Shown here piece by piece: positions 1 to 9,223 of a stretch of DNA of 64,000 nt (its first letter is position 1; each line of letters opens with the position of its first letter). Origin of the DNA: Planctomycetota bacterium. GTDB taxonomy: Bacteria > Planctomycetota > UBA8108 > SXIK01. The stretch is from the NCBI GenBank assembly GCA_965223265.1, contig OZ244999.1, positions 4,480,001-4,544,000 on the forward strand. Direction: 5' to 3'. Made by a program: the position numbers and the translations under genes. The notes under the pieces were generated by a model that was not told the DNA's origin, did no database searches, and was given only the letters and a program-made list of their open reading frames with translations.

Positions 1-698
1 TGCGGATTCTTCAGGAATTCGACGATTTCCTGTACTTCGTCGCGGGCGACGTCGATGCCCGCGACGTCGTCGAACGTGACCCCGGTAGCCTTCTGACCTT
101 GAAGTTTCGCTCGACTCTTACCAAATGAAAGAATGTTTCCACCTGGGCCGCCTTGAGCTCTCAACTGGCGGAAGAAGAGAAAGTAGATGATGACGAAGAA
201 GAGAATCCAAGGCGCGATCGCGGCGACAAACTGCCAGAATTGCTTCTGCGAGTCCTTCACCGTCCAATCGACGACCTTGTTGCCTTCTTGCGCGTTGTGC
301 CAGGCGATCGTCTCAGCGTAGAACTGGTTGACCAGATCCTCGGTGGCGAATCTGACTTCGACAACGTTCGCCTTGCCCTCCGGCTCGGTGAGCCGCGCGC
401 GGAATGTCCCTTTGTCCTTGATGAAGAACATCGACTCCAAATCAATCTTACCAGCGCGGAACCACTCGACGGCGACGCTCGTGTTACGCTCGATCGAGTC
501 AGCGCCATAGCCTTCAGGACCGCCATGAAAGGCCGCGATGACCAGCAGAACAGCGAGCAGAATTGCGACGAAGACAAATCCGCGCGGCCGCCGTTTCGTC
601 GCACCTGCGGCGGACTCGTTTCCGGCACGCTCTGGCGGCGTCTCGGCCGATGGCTTTCCGGAGTCCTCTGAAGGCTGGCGACTCGATTCCTGACTCAT
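1..698 (-). CDS. ftsH: ATP-dependent zinc metalloprotease FtsH (5' part; runs off the window edge)
   Basis: Not in the ORF track. Manual translation from ATG 698 gives two hydrophobic segments, then ...GGPGGNILSFGKSRAKL...VTFDDVAGIDVARDEVQEIVEFLKNP, the signature preceding the FtsH AAA domain. Confidence 0.93.
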   Translation of the reverse strand, partial: MSQESSRQPSEDSGKPSAETPPERAGNESAAGATKRRPRGFVFVAILLAVLLVIAAFHGGPEGYGADSIERNTSVAVEWFRAGKIDLESMFFIKDKGTFRARLTEPEGKANVVEVRFATEDLVNQFYAETIAWHNAQEGNKVVDWTVKDSQKQFWQFVAAIAPWILFFVIIYFLFFRQLRAQGGPGGNILSFGKSRAKLQGQKATGVTFDDVAGIDVARDEVQEIVEFLKNP

Positions 699-901
699 CC
701 TGACTCAGCTTCCTAACTCAAATTCTTGGCCCAACCGCGCCGCGTAGATTCTCGTCGACACGGCCGGGACCGAAGTGACGCTCAATCCATGAATTCGGCA
801 CAACATGGCACCGACCCGTACCTGGCAGTGCGCAAAAAAACGCTCTGAGTCGTCGTTAGGGTCATTCGCGCATAGAACCGGTTGCTCGCACGTATTCAAC
901 G

Positions 902-920
902 CCATAATAGATCATTATGG
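902..920. promoter_or_regulatory. Perfect 7-5-7 palindrome CCATAAT-agatc-ATTATGG, candidate operator upstream of ftsH
   Basis: AT-rich inverted repeat in the lptE-ftsH intergenic region. Confidence 0.35.
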
Positions 921-991
921 GAAGAATCGTCCGCGATGCCAGTGCACGTTTCGGCTGGTGGGCTCGCTCTCCCGCTCGACACCGGACCCTC

Positions 992-1501
992 TTACCACGA
1001 TTCCATCGTGTTCACAATCTTTTCCGCCAAATTGCCAATCGCACGCTCACGCGCGGTTCGCAGGGTCTCACCGATTTCGATGGACACAGGCTCGTTGACG
1101 ACGACTCGCTCACTGCGGCGCTGCGAGTTGACGTAGTCCTCGATCACGAGCTCAACCGTCATATAAAGTCTCGACTCGGTTTTTTCATCAACAGGGCTCT
1201 CGCCGACGACACGTTCGTCGAAACGAGTAATCGCTCCAAAGAGGATAAGGTCGGCTTGCTTCGAATCCACGAGCACGAGTGGGGTGCGCGTCTGAACCTC
1301 CTTGCGCACCGCATCGGTCAGATCGTATTCGAGTTCGCGTCGCAGACGAAACGTACGGTTGTCAAAAATCGGTACCGCAATAGTGCTGACCCCCGGGGTC
1401 TCCTGGTAGCCCATCGAATATCCGCAGCCCAGGAACTCCAATGCGCCCAGGAGCGCGACCACCGGGACGGACAAGACGCAGCGAATCTGCGCACGTGCCA
1501 T
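992..1501 (-). CDS. lptE: LptE-family LPS-assembly lipoprotein
   Basis: Lipobox FLGC followed by GY...TIAVPIFDNRT...LEYDLTDAVRKE; 169 aa; lies directly downstream of a bamD-like gene. Confidence 0.75.
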   Translation of the reverse strand: MARAQIRCVLSVPVVALLGALEFLGCGYSMGYQETPGVSTIAVPIFDNRTFRLRRELEYDLTDAVRKEVQTRTPLVLVDSKQADLILFGAITRFDERVVGESPVDEKTESRLYMTVELVIEDYVNSQRRSERVVVNEPVSIEIGETLRTARERAIGNLAEKIVNTMESW

Positions 1502-1506
1502 AAAAG

Positions 1507-2613
1507 CTACTCACTCCTCAAGGTCAGGCGATTGAGCTGGCGCTGGATTTCCCGCGCCTCGCGAGCGGCGCTCGAGCTGGTGTAACGGTCGAGTACGAGT
1601 CGCAGATAGATTTCAGCGGCACGTGGCTCGCTCTCGCGAAGGTAGTACTTGGCGATTTCGAGATACTTCTTCGCCAACATTTCAAAGATCGTGTCGAGAT
1701 AGTCGCGAGCATCGCTGGCATAGGGTCCCGGTTCGTCGAGATACCGTCGAAACTCCCTCTCCGCCTGGCTGATCGTCTTTTCATCGTATTCGGCGCCGCG
1801 AATCTGCCGAAACCAGCTGACGCCAAGCTGAAACTGCGCCGTGCTCGCCCAGCTCGAACCGCGGTCTCTCACGCGCTCGTAGATGGGAATTGCCTCCGGG
1901 TACTGGCGCTCGTCAAAGTAGTACTTTCCGATCTCCATGAGCGCCTCGTCCGCGAAGACGAGGTCGCCGTATTCAATGATCAAGCCATCGTCGCCGACGA
2001 GGAGATCGATGCCGTGCCGCGGACAACGGTAGCCAAAGCCAAGCGCAGAGCAGAGCGCTCTTCCGTGCAGGAAGTCCATCGCAATTTCGTAGATACGCTG
2101 GTAACACTGAGAGGCGACGCTCTGCTCAGGCTTCCCCTCACGATAGACTTTGCGGTAATACACCACCGCGTCATCGTATCGACCTAGGTGATAGTAACAC
2201 TCCGCGATGCGAAAGTGCGTGACTGTCTGTGCCGGGATATCGTCGTCTTGCATCTCCTCGAGTTCTAGGAGGCCGACGAGCGCGTCGCTGTGCCGCCCTG
2301 CATCGAACGCTTTTTGCACCTCACCAGCGAGCGATGCGGCGTCGCCCCAATCGCCGTCCGTCGGCTGTAGCCACCCCCTTTCCACCTCCCATGCGTACGC
2401 ACCCGAGCCCTCAATCTCTGCGAGACGCGGTTCGATGTCCTTCACCTCAACAGTTCCCGACGCGCAGCTGAAACTCCCCACGATCACAGCTGGTAACACC
2501 ACCAAACCCACGTGACGCACTGCTCTGGCACCCCGTCTGCGTTCGATGCTCCAGCGGCAATCGGTTGTGGGGCAGCGTGCAGCCAGTTTTTGGAACCATC
2601 TCTTCAGCTTCAC
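1507..2613 (-). CDS. bamD: TPR lipoprotein, BamD-like outer-membrane assembly factor (true start probably further in)
   Basis: Lipobox-like GSFSC, TPR helices, and a C-terminal '...LAKKYLEIAKYYLR...AAEIYLRLVLDRY' typical of BamD/YfiO. Confidence 0.7.
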   Translation of the reverse strand: MKLKRWFQKLAARCPTTDCRWSIERRRGARAVRHVGLVVLPAVIVGSFSCASGTVEVKDIEPRLAEIEGSGAYAWEVERGWLQPTDGDWGDAASLAGEVQKAFDAGRHSDALVGLLELEEMQDDDIPAQTVTHFRIAECYYHLGRYDDAVVYYRKVYREGKPEQSVASQCYQRIYEIAMDFLHGRALCSALGFGYRCPRHGIDLLVGDDGLIIEYGDLVFADEALMEIGKYYFDERQYPEAIPIYERVRDRGSSWASTAQFQLGVSWFRQIRGAEYDEKTISQAEREFRRYLDEPGPYASDARDYLDTIFEMLAKKYLEIAKYYLRESEPRAAEIYLRLVLDRYTSSSAAREAREIQRQLNRLTLRSE

Positions 2614-2626
2614 AGTTCGCCGTTCC

Positions 2627-3433
2627 TCAAGTGTTGACTCGCGCGCGACGCCATGGCCGCGTTCGTCTGCTGCGACGCAGCCCGAGCTGCTCCGAAGTTA
2701 GTTCACGCTCCAAGAGGCGAGTCCTCAGATCCTTGACCGCACGGCAGAGAAAGCGCTCGTGGCTTTGCCAATCATTGCAGACCTCGGGATCAAAGACGAT
2801 GCTTGTGGACTCCGCCATCCGGTCCATGAAGCGCACCGCGCGTCCGGGCACGCACGATGCCCGCAGCTGGGCTCGCCGCTGGCGACACGCCCGACATAAC
2901 AGCCCACCGGCGTCGAAGGAAAAATAGACGTCGCCGTCGGTACGCGGCCAAACGCGACCGCATCCCAGACACTCCGCGAGCGGCGGCAGCAACCCGAGAA
3001 GCCGCAGAGCACGGAGATCGAAGCGCGCCAAGACTGCCGGGATCAAGGATTCGTGGCCTGCCTCAAGTCGGTGCAGCACGTCGACCATGTGGCGAAAAAG
3101 CGCGGCCTCGCCCGTACCATAAGTGGCCACGAGACGGATGAACTCGAGGACGTGAAGACAGCCGCGATATCGTGCCCAAGAGCTTCGCAGCCCACGAAAC
3201 CCGTCCTCAACGGTCGACTCAACCAGCGTCGACAGCCCAGTGGCACGATCGAAGAACACTGCACGATAGAGGACAGCCAAGTCGAACGGCCCCTGAAAGG
3301 AGCTCTTCGGGCGATGGGCGCCCTTGGCGATGCCTTCGAGCAAACCGACCTCCTCTGTGTACAGCGCGACGACTTGGCTCGTATTGCTATACTCGGTGCA
3401 GCGGATCGGAATCGCCAGTGTCTCGCGCCGCAT
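2627..3433 (-). CDS. recO: DNA repair protein RecO
   Basis: N-terminal 'EYSNTSQVVALYTEEVG...IAKGAHRPKS' OB-fold motif and a CxxC...CxxC zinc finger (CLGC/CRAC). Confidence 0.9.
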   Translation of the reverse strand: MRRETLAIPIRCTEYSNTSQVVALYTEEVGLLEGIAKGAHRPKSSFQGPFDLAVLYRAVFFDRATGLSTLVESTVEDGFRGLRSSWARYRGCLHVLEFIRLVATYGTGEAALFRHMVDVLHRLEAGHESLIPAVLARFDLRALRLLGLLPPLAECLGCGRVWPRTDGDVYFSFDAGGLLCRACRQRRAQLRASCVPGRAVRFMDRMAESTSIVFDPEVCNDWQSHERFLCRAVKDLRTRLLERELTSEQLGLRRSRRTRPWRRARVNT

Positions 3434-3436
3434 AGA

Positions 3437-4825
3437 TCACTCCCCGGCTTCTATGCCAGCTTTGGGTACATCGGGAAGCTCGATTCGCAAACGGCGAATA
3501 CGGGTCTTGTCAGCCGCCGTGACCAGGAGGCGCACCGACGATCCAAGCTTGTGGACTTCGCCGACCGTTGGGATACGCCCCATCTGGGCGAACACCAGCC
3601 CGCCGATGGTTTCATAGGTGTCATCTTCCGGCAGATCGATGCCAAGTTGCTCATTTAAGTCATCGACGTGAAGAGCAGCGTCCACTTCGACCACGTTTGG
3701 TGCCACTCGAGTGAGAGACTCACCGGCGACGACGTCATGCTCATCGATAATGTCGCCAACAATCTCTTCAACGATGTCTTCGATCGTGATCAAACCTGTC
3801 GTGCCGCCTTGCGCGTCGCGCACAATTGCGATGTGAAAGCGCTGTGTCTTGAACTTCTGCAGCAACTCCCCGATGTTCTCATCTGGCGAAACGTAGTGAG
3901 GCTCACGCACGAGCTTCGGCAAGTCGACGGCCGCATCGTGAAGCAGGTCCTTAACGTACAGGATTCCGACGATGTTATCCTTCGACCCCTGATAAACGGG
4001 AATCCTCGAGTGGCCACACGCCGCCGCCAGCTTGACGTTCTCTTCGAACGGATCATCAACGTCGAGACAGACCATCTCGGTCCGCGGGGTCAGCACTTCT
4101 GAGACGGTTTTGCCGCCGAAGCTGATAATCGACTCGATCATGTCGATATCACGCGACGCGAGAAGTCCATCGCGCTCACCCTCTTCGGCCACGGAGAGGA
4201 TTTCCTCTTCGAGCGCGTCGACACTCGGCGTGTCCATTTTTCCACCGACGACTGCTACCCCAACGCGCACGACGCCCTGAAAAGCGCGTCGGAAAGGTGA
4301 TGAGACGCGGTAGACGAGATCAATCGTTCGCAGCATTCGTAGCACCCACGATTCGGGGCGCACGCGAGACAGGATCCAGGGCAAGACCTCGAGGAAGATC
4401 ACGAAGATCACGAGGACTTCCACGGTTAAACGCAGAGCCGCTAAAGCCTGTGTCGAGAAGGGTGAAGTAACGACATCCGCGTCGGCAGCGTCGCCGACCG
4501 CAAACCAAGCACGCGGATCGGCCAAAACACGTCCGAACGTCAAGGTCAACACTAGCCCCAATCGCAGCAGCAGATCGAGGCTTCGCAAGCTCGACAGGTA
4601 TTCGTCGCGGTGATCGAGGTAACGCGCCAGCTCACCATGCCGATCCTTGGGAGCTTCGGTGAACAGCTTCTTGCGTGAAAAAACGTCGAGCACGCGCCGG
4701 CAAAGCGAGGCATAGACACCGGCCACCAAGAGACAGATCGCTGGAATCAGCCAGCGGAGATCAAATCCCGCGTACAGATAGGTCTCATCGACGATCAACT
4801 CTGCTAACAGCAAGCCGTCGTTCAT
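3437..4825 (-). CDS. HlyC/CorC (CNNM) family transporter with TM region, CBS pair and CorC_HlyC domain
   Basis: TM segments, 'VLTPRTEM...GHSRIPVY...GILYVKDL', 'GLITIEDIVEEIVGDIIDEHD', 'YETIGGLV'. ATGA overlap with the upstream gene. Confidence 0.92.
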   Translation of the reverse strand: MNDGLLLAELIVDETYLYAGFDLRWLIPAICLLVAGVYASLCRRVLDVFSRKKLFTEAPKDRHGELARYLDHRDEYLSSLRSLDLLLRLGLVLTLTFGRVLADPRAWFAVGDAADADVVTSPFSTQALAALRLTVEVLVIFVIFLEVLPWILSRVRPESWVLRMLRTIDLVYRVSSPFRRAFQGVVRVGVAVVGGKMDTPSVDALEEEILSVAEEGERDGLLASRDIDMIESIISFGGKTVSEVLTPRTEMVCLDVDDPFEENVKLAAACGHSRIPVYQGSKDNIVGILYVKDLLHDAAVDLPKLVREPHYVSPDENIGELLQKFKTQRFHIAIVRDAQGGTTGLITIEDIVEEIVGDIIDEHDVVAGESLTRVAPNVVEVDAALHVDDLNEQLGIDLPEDDTYETIGGLVFAQMGRIPTVGEVHKLGSSVRLLVTAADKTRIRRLRIELPDVPKAGIEAGE

Positions 4826-6015
4826 CGCTCAAATAGCGGCAGATAGCCGAGAGGGACCTCTAGGATCAACAGCGCGACAGCCGTAGCGTACTCTCTTCCG
4901 AACGTACTCTCCCAAGCGCCCTCAGCGTTTTGGGTTCGCAGCAAATGTCGGCGCACGTCGGTAAGCCAGTTTTGCCAGAGATCGCCACCGCGTCGGTAAA
5001 ACGCCTGTGCAGCATAGAAGTTCGAGTAGTAGGGGTACTCCTCCGAAGCAGGATTCCACGCGTCCTTCGGACGTCTCTTCAGGTGACGCTGCAAATACTC
5101 GAGTCCGAGCGCCAATTCACGCGAGTCATACACGCCAGCGGCGTGCATCGTCGATACGGCAGCAGCCGTCAACGCGTACGTCCGCTGCTCCGGTTTGTTC
5201 AACGCGTACGCAACACTTCCGTCCTTGTGCTGGCAGCGCTTGACATATCGCATCGCAGACTTGATGCGCAGCGCAGCCACCTGAAAACCGGCGTCACGCG
5301 CCGACCTCAAGGCTTGCAGCGCACAGACTGTCACAGAAGCTTCATCTTGATTGTCTGAGTTGTTTGGCTCGTAGTACCATCCACCCTCACGGCTCTGCGC
5401 TCGTTCGATTACCCGGACCCCGCGCTCAACGACTCCCGAAACGCGCTGATCCAGCTCCGGGGACAAAGATCCAACGGCTTGCGTCAAAAGCAGGATCGCA
5501 TAGCAATGACCATGCATTCGACTGCTGCTCTCACCGCCGTCGGTGATGTAGCCGCTCACGGCTCCAACGCCAAATGAGCGCTGTTCGCTGGCGACGATGT
5601 AGCGAATGCAGCCCTCCAACAATCGACTGTAGCGACCTTCTCGTGGTAGATGTCCGGAGCCCAGCACCGCGAGGCCGGTCAAACTCGTGACGGCAACAGG
5701 AAAGGCGGACCCGACCGCGCCAGTCTGCTCTACCTGCTGGCGTTCGAGAAAGCCAAGCCCGCGCTGCACGGCTTCCGCTACGTCAGGCGGCCAGTCCAGT
5801 CGACGCGACGCGACAACCTCCGGGGTCGGCTGAACCTCAGGTGTTTGCGCGGATGCAATCGTCAGCCAGCTGAGACCGCACAGCAGCGCGAGGAGAGCCG
5901 TGATCACGAGGCGCACACCGCGGCGCGTGAGCCGCGTCCTACCCACCGCGCCAACCCGTAACCTCCGCCCCCACGCGCCGTGCGCGTCCAAAAACTCGTG
6001 TGGCTCTTCTTCCAT
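4822..6015 (-). CDS. Exported prenyltransferase/squalene-oxidase-repeat (alpha6/alpha6 barrel) protein
   Basis: Signal-like segment ending ASAQ; QW-type repeats QSREGGW, QHKDGS, QNAEGAW; 'SVTVCALQALRSARDAG'. Confidence 0.8.
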   Translation of the reverse strand: MEEEPHEFLDAHGAWGRRLRVGAVGRTRLTRRGVRLVITALLALLCGLSWLTIASAQTPEVQPTPEVVASRRLDWPPDVAEAVQRGLGFLERQQVEQTGAVGSAFPVAVTSLTGLAVLGSGHLPREGRYSRLLEGCIRYIVASEQRSFGVGAVSGYITDGGESSSRMHGHCYAILLLTQAVGSLSPELDQRVSGVVERGVRVIERAQSREGGWYYEPNNSDNQDEASVTVCALQALRSARDAGFQVAALRIKSAMRYVKRCQHKDGSVAYALNKPEQRTYALTAAAVSTMHAAGVYDSRELALGLEYLQRHLKRRPKDAWNPASEEYPYYSNFYAAQAFYRRGGDLWQNWLTDVRRHLLRTQNAEGAWESTFGREYATAVALLILEVPLGYLPLFER

Positions 6016-6087
6016 CGAACTCTCGAAAGCCCTAACGGTTCGCGCTGTGCGACCTACGCAACGCGAGTCTCGCCCCTTTGTCGCATC

Positions 6088-9000
6088 CTATTCGTCGGAC
6101 TTCAACTCCGGATCCCCCACTGGGTTTTCGCCTTCGCCGTCCGTCTCTTCGGTGCCCGGCCGTCCTGCGGCCTTTTCGAACTCCCGCAAGACAGCGTTGA
6201 GCATCTCTGAGACGCTCTGCTGCTTCTGAGACAGTCGATCGAGCGCCCTGCCCCACGCCTCAGAGGGTTCCCCGTCTGACGCCGCCCGAAACTCTTCCAG
6301 TTCCTCCGTCTTGCCGTTGACGCCGGTTTGGAGATCACGAAGCATGAGCAGCTCCGCCATCATCGAGACGAGGCGTTGCTGATCGCCACCTGGGCCGGGC
6401 TGCTGCTGCTCCTGTTGCTGCTGCTCCTGTTGCTTTTGCAGTCGCTCCATCTCTTCCTTAACGGCCTGCATCAACCGCTCGAGTTCGCTGATCACCTCGG
6501 TGGCCAGGAACTGGGTGTAGTCCCCGGTATCAAGCTCCCGCAGATTGTTTTCGATCTGCTTCATGTCCGCGCCGATGCTCTCCATGACGAACGAGAAGAC
6601 ATGTGCAGACTCGGCGGCCAAACGGTCCTTAAGACCGCCGGCACGGCCGGCCAGTTCGGCCTGATCGGCCGCCAATTTGACCAGCCGCTTCTTTAGCTGC
6701 CGCTCTCCGCGTCGCCCGAGCCCACCGCGGCGTGCTTGTCGCTTTTCATGCTCGGTGACGACGGACTCGAGAACAGCCTCTTCCCCGCGCTTCATGTCGT
6801 CGAGCTCTTGAAGGACGTCCTGCATCTCCTGTTCGCGTTTCAGCTGCGCCAGCCTCTCCTCTTCCTCCTCCAACTCGTCGGCAACTTCCTTGAGCTTTTC
6901 GAGCGCCGCCTCCTGAGACTCCGCGGCGCCCTCAGCATCCTCTTGCGACATTTGCTCGCTGGCCTGCTGCATGTCACCCGCTGCGTCCTGAAGCTGGCCT
7001 TTCTGCTGCTGATTGGACGGCTCGCCGAGCTGTCCAACCTTCTCCGCTGCCGCGCGCGTCTGACCCGCCAACTCGTCCTGCGCCTGACGATCCTTCTGCA
7101 GCTTTCGGCGTTCGAGTCGCTCGAGCGCCTCACGCTTCTCGCTTTCTATCGACTTCTTCGCGGCCTCGAGTCGTTCGAGAGCCTCTTTTTGCTGCTTCTT
7201 CATCATCTGACGCTTCCCCTGCTCTGCAGCGTCGGAAGCCGCTTCCATGGCCGCCGCAGCCTGGCGTAAAGCCTCCCGGGCAGCCTCGATCTCTTCGCTC
7301 TCGTCGGGTCCCTTCTTTTTCTTCAGCTCGTCGAGCTCGTTGGCGGCCTCCTTCGCCTGACGCCTGAGCTCACGCTCGAGATCAGCTTGTCGCTGCAGAT
7401 CATCCCGAGCGCCGAGCCTCTCGGCGGCCTCATCGAGTGCCTTCGCGGCCTGACTCAACTGCGCCTCGGCCTGCTCCCCTTGCGCCTTGGCCTGGGCTTG
7501 CTCGCCGCCGGCAAGCGATTCGGTGACCTTCCTCATCGCCTTCTCTGCCGCCTTCATGAGCTGCGAGGCCTGCTCCATTCCCGACTTCGCGGCCGAGCTG
7601 CTCGCCTCCGATGCCTGCTGTTCTGCCTTCGCGGCGGCTGACGCCGTCTCGCGCTGCAGGAGTCCTTGCTCCTGAGACAACGCCGCCGTCTCCGCGGCGT
7701 TGCCGTCCCGCGCACGCTCTAGCTGCTCGCGCACGGCCTCCTCAGCCGCACGGAGCTGGCGCACAGCCTCGTCACTTTGGCGCGCAGCCTCGGCGTGATC
7801 CTCAGACGCATCCGCAGCGGCAGTTTTCTCCGTAGCGCTCTGCGCCTGAGACACCGCTTGACTGGCGTCGGCGGCGACACTCGATTCAAGGCGCGAAGCG
7901 ATTTTGGCGAGCTGTTTCTGCAGAGAAGCGGCGCGCTCGGCGAGTGAGGAAGAAGAATCAGAATCGGTATCAGAGTCAGAGTCGGTATCAGAGTCAGAGG
8001 CAGAGTCAGAGGCAGAGTCGGAATCGGAGTCCGTATCTGAGCCGGAGTCAGAGGCAGAATCCGAGTCAGACTCTGAGTCTGTATCCGTCTCTGAATCTGA
8101 TTCTGCATCTGCCTCTGACTCTGATTCTGTATCTGTATCTGTATCTGTATCTGTATCTGTATCTGACTCTGACCCTGAATCTGCACCCGTCTCAGAATCT
8201 GAACCCGAGTCTGTCTTCGCTCCCGGCTTTGTGCTCTTGCGTGCTTTAGCCTCGGCCTGTTTTCGGATCGATTCAGCCTTCTTTGCGGCGGCCTCGAGGT
8301 CGCTGAGGACCGCCTCCAACTCTGCAAGCGGGCGCGATTCTTCAGAGAGAGTCTGCTGCGCCTTTTGGTTCCAGCTCTGCTGCGCCTTGGCGAGCTGCGC
8401 CACGCGGCGCTGCGCCGCCTCGATCGCGGCTCTCTCGCGGGCTTCAAGCTCGGGATCTATCCGGCTCGGATCTTCGCCCTCAACGGCCTTCCTCTGCTTT
8501 TCGGCCAGATCTTCGATGTCCTCTGTGAGAGCCTCCATGCGCTCGGCGTCTTGCTTCTGGCTCTGCCTCTCTCTCGTCTTTTCCAGCAGCTTTCGCTGCG
8601 CGCTCGCGAGCTTCGACGCCAACTCTCGCGCCAACTGCAGACCGTCGAGTTTCTTTTGGAGAGCCTCGCGGTCGAAGCTGTTGTCCTCCAAAAACTCAAT
8701 CAACGCGTCGAGCTTCTCGAGAGCTCCAGCCTGATTAAGAACCGCCTCCAGCGCGTCCGCCTCACCAAGGGCAGAGGATGCCCGGCCGAGCAAATCCTCG
8801 AGACGTTCGGCCTGGATCATCTCCACCGCCTCGCCGAGACGCCTGGCATCGCTCGCTTGCTCTTCAGTTCCGGAATTCATCGTCTTCGAGAACTCCTGCA
8901 TGCGCGCACGCAAATCGGTCAACACCTCTCGCACAGTGGACTGCTGTTGAGCGAGCGACTCGAGCTCCCTTCCGGTGTCAGCCTCCTGTCCCGCCAGGTG

Positions 9001-9156
9001 CGGTGCGATGCTGCTTGCAATCAAGATGAAGAGGCACAAAACGACGCGGAGACCGAGTGCGTCGAGGAGGTGGAAATTGCAGCACGGCACGACGCCTGCT
9101 CGGCGGCGAATCGGTTGCCTCGTAGAGATCGAGTTGGGCGCAAGAAATCTCGTCAT
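6088..9156 (-). CDS. Long Gln/Glu/Ala-rich coiled-coil protein (DUF4175-like) with an internal Ser/Asp/Thr repeat
   Basis: 1022 aa of helical heptads after an N-terminal hydrophobic segment; poly-Q stretch; C-terminal '[16 protein letters not shown]...LSQKQ'. Confidence 0.75.
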   Translation of the reverse strand: MTRFLAPNSISTRQPIRRRAGVVPCCNFHLLDALGLRVVLCLFILIASSIAPHLAGQEADTGRELESLAQQQSTVREVLTDLRARMQEFSKTMNSGTEEQASDARRLGEAVEMIQAERLEDLLGRASSALGEADALEAVLNQAGALEKLDALIEFLEDNSFDREALQKKLDGLQLARELASKLASAQRKLLEKTRERQSQKQDAERMEALTEDIEDLAEKQRKAVEGEDPSRIDPELEARERAAIEAAQRRVAQLAKAQQSWNQKAQQTLSEESRPLAELEAVLSDLEAAAKKAESIRKQAEAKARKSTKPGAKTDSGSDSETGADSGSESDTDTDTDTDTDTESESEADAESDSETDTDSESDSDSASDSGSDTDSDSDSASDSASDSDTDSDSDTDSDSSSSLAERAASLQKQLAKIASRLESSVAADASQAVSQAQSATEKTAAADASEDHAEAARQSDEAVRQLRAAEEAVREQLERARDGNAAETAALSQEQGLLQRETASAAAKAEQQASEASSSAAKSGMEQASQLMKAAEKAMRKVTESLAGGEQAQAKAQGEQAEAQLSQAAKALDEAAERLGARDDLQRQADLERELRRQAKEAANELDELKKKKGPDESEEIEAAREALRQAAAAMEAASDAAEQGKRQMMKKQQKEALERLEAAKKSIESEKREALERLERRKLQKDRQAQDELAGQTRAAAEKVGQLGEPSNQQQKGQLQDAAGDMQQASEQMSQEDAEGAAESQEAALEKLKEVADELEEEEERLAQLKREQEMQDVLQELDDMKRGEEAVLESVVTEHEKRQARRGGLGRRGERQLKKRLVKLAADQAELAGRAGGLKDRLAAESAHVFSFVMESIGADMKQIENNLRELDTGDYTQFLATEVISELERLMQAVKEEMERLQKQQEQQQQEQQQPGPGGDQQRLVSMMAELLMLRDLQTGVNGKTEELEEFRAASDGEPSEAWGRALDRLSQKQQSVSEMLNAVLREFEKAAGRPGTEETDGEGENPVGDPELKSDE
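7945..8215. repeat. Hexamer-period coding repeat encoding an SD/DT dipeptide tract; includes a perfect (TCTGTA)6 at 8126-8161
   Basis: Directly visible; translates on the minus strand to [35 protein letters not shown]...[12 protein letters not shown]. Confidence 0.95.
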
Positions 9157-9223
9157 GGTGAGACTGGCCTGTCTGTTGTCAGGTTTCGAGCCCCGCGTGT
9201 CGACGCTGGGGCTTCCTCACAGG

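Noticed and set aside
153-671. 172-aa plus-strand ORF
   Set aside because: Antisense shadow of ftsH, which occupies the minus strand.
705-905. 66-aa Cys-containing ORF upstream of ftsH (possible small ribosomal or zinc protein)
   Set aside because: No CxxC pairs or basic composition of L32/L33; it overlaps the probable ftsH promoter region.
7719-8734. Alternative-frame ORFs with (IQ)n, (SV)n and (LY)n repeats
   Set aside because: Other-frame readings of the SD/DT hexamer repeat in the 1022-aa gene.
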